DNA of 64,000 nucleotides from Octopus vulgaris (Eukaryota): NCBI GenBank assembly GCA_951406725.2, contig OX597826.1, positions 26,102,001 to 26,166,000 of the forward strand, read 5' to 3'. Shown piece by piece: positions 57,204 to 64,000 of this stretch (position 1 is its first letter; each line of letters starts with the position of its first letter). The notes under the pieces were generated by a model. It saw only the letters and a program-made list of their open reading frames with translations, ran no database searches and was not told where the DNA came from. The position numbers and the translations under genes were made by a program.

Positions 57204-58365
57204 TATTTGATTGATGTATGTTTTGTTTTGTTTTGATTTTGATTTTCTTTTCATTTCATTCTACAATATGTTTTGGGTATCGTAATACAAGGGAAATATC
57301 TCAACTATTATGACATACGGCATTGTTCCTTTAATATATCTAATACAATAAAATTTTCGTTGGTCAGTACAAACTCACATTTCTTGTATAAAAAACGGAA
57401 TATATAAATAATAGAAATTTTATAGAGTTGGTTAATGTAATCAAATGCTCATGTAATACCGTGTTTCTCAATGCATACATTTTCGATTTAATCCTTTGTA
57501 CAGAGAACTGTATCTCAGTTGCATCTCAGTTGTTGTTTGTTATATATTGTAATTTACATAAAGAACACTGTTGTAATTATCTATCTATCAACTGAGTGAA
57601 TAAATTAAAATCTAAATATTTTGTAATTACTTCGATGCAAAATATACATATATCTCAAATGAAGTGGCTGCTATATCGCTCAACCGAGATAAATACAACT
57701 GAGGTAAATAAATAATCAACAAAGTTTTAGAAATTCTCCATCTAATGATTATTTAGGCATTTGTGCAAGTGAAAATTCAAAATATTTTAATTTTTCAAAA
57801 TGAAGTAAGAGGATGATCAACTACAACAAGCAATAAGGATATTTTACAATATTTCTCAATCCGAAACAGAATCATAAATACTCAGCACCACTATTAGAAA
57901 TGACTTTATCTACAGACATTATTCCATAACACGTGTTTCTGAGAAGCTGTGGACAGGGAACAAATTGCACAAGCTGTGCGAAAAGGTCATGTCAGTCGTT
58001 TTTTTTTGTTTTTGTTTTAGATATAATTTTTATAGTAAATTACTTTAATTTCTTTCAGAAAATATTTCTTCCTATATTGTGACTATGAAAAATTCTTTCT
58101 GGAAAAGTTACACATACACACACACACACACGCACATGCACGAAAACATATACATATACCACACCTGCTTACACACACCTACATATACAGATTATTATCA
58201 TCATTATGTAAAACGGATTGTTTCCGCTGCATGTAAAACTCCGTTTTTCAGATCATACACACATACACATACATGCGCTCATTCATTCATTCATATATAT
58301 ATAATATAATATTATATATGTGCATATACATTTATGCGCAATATATATATACATATATATACACA

Positions 58366-59094
58366 CAGGGGATCGTCTAAATTACACAAAAACGAAAATA
58401 TGACTGACATCTCATTTTAGCAGATATATTTACCAAAGTTACATAAAAATATCTTGAAGTACTAAAGAGTAAACTTGTTCAGTAAAATCCCAATTGGCTT
58501 CATCCACGGATTCTAGATGAGTGCGAAATCTGCTGCAACTTTTCTGAACGGTCTCCTTGTTAAAGTTTGTGAATGCCGCCATAATCCTTGCCTTCAGTCA
58601 TCTTTGGTGTCACAGTGAGTTATGTTGGTCTTCCGCTCAACTGCGTCCCAGACATAATAATGACGGGGGTTACAATCTGGGTAGATACGTGGCCAGATGT
58701 TAGAGGTGATGTGGTCGCAGGAATTGTCTGACATCCATGACTGGATTCTCTTGCTTGTGTGGTATGGTACATAGCTCTGTTGCCAGAGATAGGATCTTCC
58801 AGCAGCCACCCACTTGACCCACGGTAGCACTACCTCCTCTAAGCACTTGATGTAGGTATTCGTGTTGAGGGTGAGGCCGTGTGGGAAGATGAATGGGAGC
58901 ATAAAGTCGCTATCACTGGTGAGCACTCCAAACACCATGTCGTTTCCATAGTGAATTGCGTCATGGTACTATTTTACTCACAAGCAGTGTCCAACTGACT
59001 CTACTATACTGTGTATTCGACAAACTCAAAAACAAACAATGCATATGGGTGAAATTAAAAATATAAAATGGTGACAATTTATACATCGCACAGT
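58366..59094 (-). mobile_element. Tc1/mariner remnant related to the 41594 copy
   Basis: ORF 58594-58938 (MVFGVLTSD...PFIFPHGL...WQQSYVPYH...YPDCNP...VWDAVE), with similar flanking sequence. Confidence 0.8.
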
Positions 59095-59110
59095 GTGTGT
59101 GTGTATGTGC

Positions 59111-59164
<54 letters not shown>

Positions 59165-59402
59165 CATCTAATATAGGATAGAATTTTTCGAAAAAAATTG
59201 TATCAATGGCCAGCATATTAAAAAATACCTTTAAAGGTTAAATTTATAAACAATTTATCAGGTCCGATATGGTAATAACGGAATTTTTGGGGAAATTTAT
59301 GTCGGCTTTCTTTGAAACACGTGCTTGTAGTGATAAATTATTGACGTAGTGTCTATTTTCGGCATATTTTGGCATTGGAATTTTTTTCTTTTGTCCTTAC
59401 TT

Positions 59403-59480
<78 letters not shown>

Positions 59481-59559
59481 CAACTGATGATGTCCAGAGG
59501 TGCTGAGTATAGAAAACACTCACTAGAGGTTCGATTGGAGAAGGAATGAAGGAATTCAT

Positions 59560-60625
59560 GTATGCTCAGTAGCGGTGGTTGAAACCGACAGTTCAGCCAA
59601 TGTAGACCCTTGCTTGTTGTGAGCGTGTAGTTATTACTCGGCGTTTATAGGCTAAATTATTGTGTAGACAAGTGTATAGAGTTGGGATACACGGCACTTG
59701 CAATTTTTTCTACTGGCACTGGATTTGAAAGTCATCCCTGCACAACTCTGGTTCGTACGATCAGTTACCACCATAGAAGTACGGGAGGTATTATCACTGC
59801 CGAAGTCGAGCTGTTATATACGGTCTCTCTATTTACTCTCATTTCTGTCTACCTACTTCAGTGTTCACCCTCTTCCCCCAACTTGCTTTCATTCTTTGAA
59901 TTTCCTCTTGCCTCCCTGCTATCATTTACAACTCAATATCTTCCTCCATGTTAATACTCACCCACCTCTGTTTTGTCATCGTACCTGTCCTCAGTTGTAT
60001 AGCCTCCATCATCCATGATTATTAAAGTTTATTCTCAGATCTAACAACGGCGTCTTCCTTTTCAATACTACTCATCCTACCCCTTTCACACTCATCTCCT
60101 CACTCACTACTTCTACTTTTACTTCTCTCAATTACCTGGTCACTAACCACTCCCTCTTTTTCGGCCTCTTCTATTTCTTCTTGCCCTTCCTCTACTTCAA
60201 TATCTTTTCGCCCTCCATCACTGAGCCGCAAACCCATCCTCCTTCCACCTATTTCTATTTGCCTCCTTCTTCCCTCATTCTACCCTTAAATTCCATTCAT
60301 TATGACCCTCGGCGTTAGAAGCCAATCTCTCCTCCCTGAAGACGGGGTCCTGATTTACAATAATTCTTATATCCATCTACTACTGGTTACATATAAGTGA
60401 CATTTTTCACATACCATCTACCAATATTACAACTATTATGTAATTTCGAGGCCCTAGAAACAGCTGTTGGTCATGAAATACCATGCGCTCTCCCCTAAGT
60501 CTTCTGTATATTGTGTAGTCCATGTAAATCTGTTCAGTAAATATACAAATATCTTTATGCTTATACACGAATGTTGAACTTCCGAATATTCAGTTTTTGT
60601 TTCTCCTATATAACCCTATATATAT
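59560..60625 (+). mobile_element. Decayed Penelope-like 3' fragment with a long-loop hammerhead-like motif (60334-60470)
   Basis: cc-CTGAAGA-cggggtc...(~100 nt)...ggcccta-GAAA-CAGCTG-TT-gg after a pyrimidine-rich tract, the same layout as 36654-37675. Confidence 0.45.
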
Positions 60626-61085
60626 TTACAAGCATATGCTTTTATTGTTTTGCTTGTTTTAGTCATTTGACTGCGGCCACGCTGGAGCACCGCCTTTAGT
60701 TGAGCAAAGCACCCCAGGACATTCTTTGTAAGCCTAGTACATATTCTATCGGTCTCTTTTGTCGAACCGTTAAGTTACGGGGATTAAAAGTCCTTTTTTT
60801 GTATAATCGTATCAATTCGATTATGTAGAAGACAGAATCGAAAAAGTTTGTAATAATTCGTAAAAATGAAAAGGTTATGAGGGATCTTAGCACGTGCATA
60901 CATCATAATTCCACCGATTCAGCGTTCGGCCAATTGTTTTTATTAAAGCTTATGTTTTGTAGTGCGTTATTTTTGCAGTTAATATATCTTATTAATTCAA
61001 TCATTTTTCTTAAAATATCAAATGCACGTTCTGATAATAACTGCTTTGTAGTATTTCATCTTCTAGGTCTCTGCTTTATCGGATC

Positions 61086-61468
61086 ACTAGCAGTATCGCT
61101 CGGCGTTGCTCAGGTTTGTAAGGGAAATAACTATAAAGCATTTTTAGAGAGTTATAGCCAAAAAATAGCAAAAAAATGGAAACAAATGATGGTAAATTTT
61201 TTTTTGAGATTTAAAAACGGTGGAGTTGCGTCCCCTAGACAGTTTATGGTTTGTGTTTCTGATTCTCGACCCCATGTCGAATTTATCGATTGTTTTCAGA
61301 ACTGGGGGAACTTTTCAAAATTTTCGCTGCGTTAGTTTTGAATTATGACATTGGGCTATGTGTGTGTCAAGTTTCATCAGAATCGGTTGAAAGCCGTGGT
61401 CAGGGTGAGGGTACAAGCAAACAGACACACAGAAACACGCACAGACAAACTGCCGTTTATATAGAGAG
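61086..61468 (-). mobile_element. Non-autonomous Helitron-like element
   Basis: The minus strand begins TC..TATATAAAC and ends with a hairpin plus CTAG-T. Shares its terminus with the 38355 copy. Confidence 0.65.
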
Positions 61469-61550
61469 AGATTAGTAATACATTTATGTATTTCATCCAC
61501 GAAATCCTGGGCTGCTACATTTCACAAAGGCTTTTGTGGTTTCTTTACAT

Positions 61551-61723
<173 letters not shown>

Positions 61724-61780
61724 ATCTATGTATAAATATTGCAGCTTCGAAGATATTTGTTGGACATTATTCAAGAGGAA

Positions 61781-61960
61781 CAAAAACCGTTTGATTCACT
61801 TCAACATTTGAATTTAACTTGTGTCAAAATAATTTTCGTCGCTCTGAAACCGCCACCTCTTCACTGACAAAACTTCGTGCTGGAGGTCGCAGTTTCAGAG
61901 TGACGAAAATATTTTGACACAAATTAAATTTAAATGTTGAAGTGAATCAAACGGTTTTTG
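61781..61960. repeat. 180-bp fold-back palindrome
   Basis: caaaaaccgtttgattcacttcaacattt... is inverted to ...aaatgttgaagtgaatcaaacggtttttg. The left arm carries a degenerate hammerhead-like motif on the minus strand. Confidence 0.8.
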
Positions 61961-62079
61961 TATGTCCTTAAATGGCTTACAAATATCTTCCTCGCTGAAA
62001 TTGTTTTTGTTTTAGCACACGATCTTTAATCAAGTCAATTGCTATGCATGAAGAAATCTGTAATTTAATTTTCATTTGT

Positions 62080-62710
62080 CAGAATTTTCGTTGCTCGACC
62101 GGTATGACAGACGAACTTTTTCCAGGACAGACAACAACTGAGAGACTAAATTTAACTGACAGAGTATTTAATATGAAACTTAGGGATCCCTTGCATGATA
62201 TCTTGGAGAAGAATGTTTTGTGAGAGGTTGCAGGCGTACATTTGGACCATAGAGTTTCAAAAAGGTTGACTACCCCATTGTCATATGTTGTTCATATTAA
62301 AAAATGATCCAGAAAATTATGATAAATTTGTTTATGCAGAACCTCCAAATCCACAAACTCAACCAATTCTGTTTCAACATGTCACCAAAAGCATGCTACA
62401 TGATCAATGTAGAAGTGATGAACCCAATGCCACATGTATAGTTGATGGGAAGTCAACCATACATTTCCCTAAAAACTTTAAGGAAAATACATTACACAGT
62501 TATATATAATGTATTTACATTACAGGCGCAGGAGTGGCTGTGTGGTAAGAAGCTTGCTTCCCAGCCGCATGGTTCCGGGTTCAGTCCTACTGCGTGCACC
62601 TTGAGCAAGTGTGTTCTACTATTGCCTCGGGCCGACCAAAGCCTTGTGAGTGGATTTGGTAGACAGAAACTGAAAGAAGCCTGTCGTATATATATCTATA
62701 TATCTATATG

Positions 62711-62770
<60 letters not shown>

Positions 62771-63790
62771 TGTTTTTTCTGCTTGTGTCTGTGTTTGTAC
62801 CCCCACCATCGCTTGACACCCGAAACCGGTGTGTCTACGTCCCCGTCACTTAGCGGTTCGGCAAAAGAGACCGATAGAATAAGTACTAGGCTTACAAAGA
62901 ATAAGTCCTGGGGTCGATTTTATTCGACTAAAGGTGGTGCTCCAGCATGGCCGCATTCAAATGACTGAAACAAATAAAAGAGTAAAAAGAGAATAAAGTC
63001 TAATTTTGAATTAGATAATCAATCAGTAGCTCCATATTCCCTCTTCTTTTTTTAGTCAAATATGGAGGTCATTGTAATGTAGTGATATGTACATCTGTAA
63101 AATCAGTTTAATATATTGGCAGATACATTCATAAAGGTCACGACCGGGTGACAGTCAATATGAGCGGACAAACCAATGCAAGACAAACATACAAAGATTA
63201 AAATTGAAGATTATGTTAATGGACGCAATGTACCTCATCAGAAGCAGTCTGGAGGATTTTATAGTTCAAATTAAAAGGTCCATATTCAGCAGTGAAACAG
63301 CTTACAGTTCATTTAGCCAAACAGCAATACATTTACTTTAATGGCGATGATATTATTGAACATGTTATCCACAAACATGACAGGCCCACTCTCACTGAAT
63401 AGAGACGAGTTAACCGGGAATCACCAGCTAACTCATTTGCATGTACATTACACTCTACTGATTTCCCTGAATTTTACACGTGGAATAATAGTGAGAAAAT
63501 ATGGCATCTCAGAAAAAATAATACACGCTCAATTGGGCGTGTCTACATTGTTTCACCAAAGGAACAAGAGCAATTCTATCTGAGAGCTTTACTATATCAT
63601 ATTCCCGGAGCTACATCATTTGAAGATAAGAGGGCTATTAATGGTGTAGTTTGACATAGTTACAAAGAGGCTGCATTGAAACTGAATGTAGCACGTGATG
63701 ATCGTGAATGCTATTGGATTATGGAAGTTACACATATTTTAGCTACACCATATTAAATGCGATGACTTTTCTGCTCCATTCTTAATTACT
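62080..63790 (+). mobile_element. Decayed Helitron Rep-domain fragments with a nested SINE (62525-62990)
   Basis: IEFQKR, MLHDQC...CIVDGK...FPKNF, SEAVWRI and HIPGATSFED...YKEAALKL remnants of RepHel; many stops. Confidence 0.75.
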
Positions 63791-63824
63791 GCATTCTATA
63801 TGTATACTTGTATGTATACTTGTA

Positions 63825-63942
<118 letters not shown>

Positions 63943-64000
63943 TGCACAAATATATGATACAATGTAAAATACGCTATCTTAAAGATAGCGTGTTCACACT

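Overview
Eukaryotic, AT-rich, microsatellite- and TE-saturated DNA. The SINE/LINE families look like octopus (cephalopod) repeats; this is recognised from memory, not searched. The only host genes I can support are a same-strand (+) tandem cluster of four paralogues of an unnamed secreted protein, which the ORF track shows only as exon fragments. Three copies are intact 4-exon genes (1470-11012, 28564-38106, 44378-56947; 233, 246 and 237 aa) and one is exon-1-less and frameshifted (16478-20814). All introns are phase 1 GT-AG and exon 3 is exactly 84 nt in every copy. The precursor reads: signal peptide, acidic pro-region, cationic beta-rich core with invariant spacing C-x8-C-x70-C-x17-C but very low sequence identity between copies, then an acidic tail. 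This is the pattern of a fast-evolving effector family (venom, antimicrobial or recognition). The core resembles a cysteine-reduced DUF4773 domain (inference). Second theme: about ten minimal type-I hammerhead-ribozyme-like motifs, several with variant cores, sit in Penelope-derived fold-back elements between (TA)n tracts. The remainder is decayed TEs: tRNA-SINEs, RTE, Tx1, R4/Dong, Penelope, Gypsy, Helitron and Tc1/mariner. All counts were made by hand, and TE boundaries are approximate.
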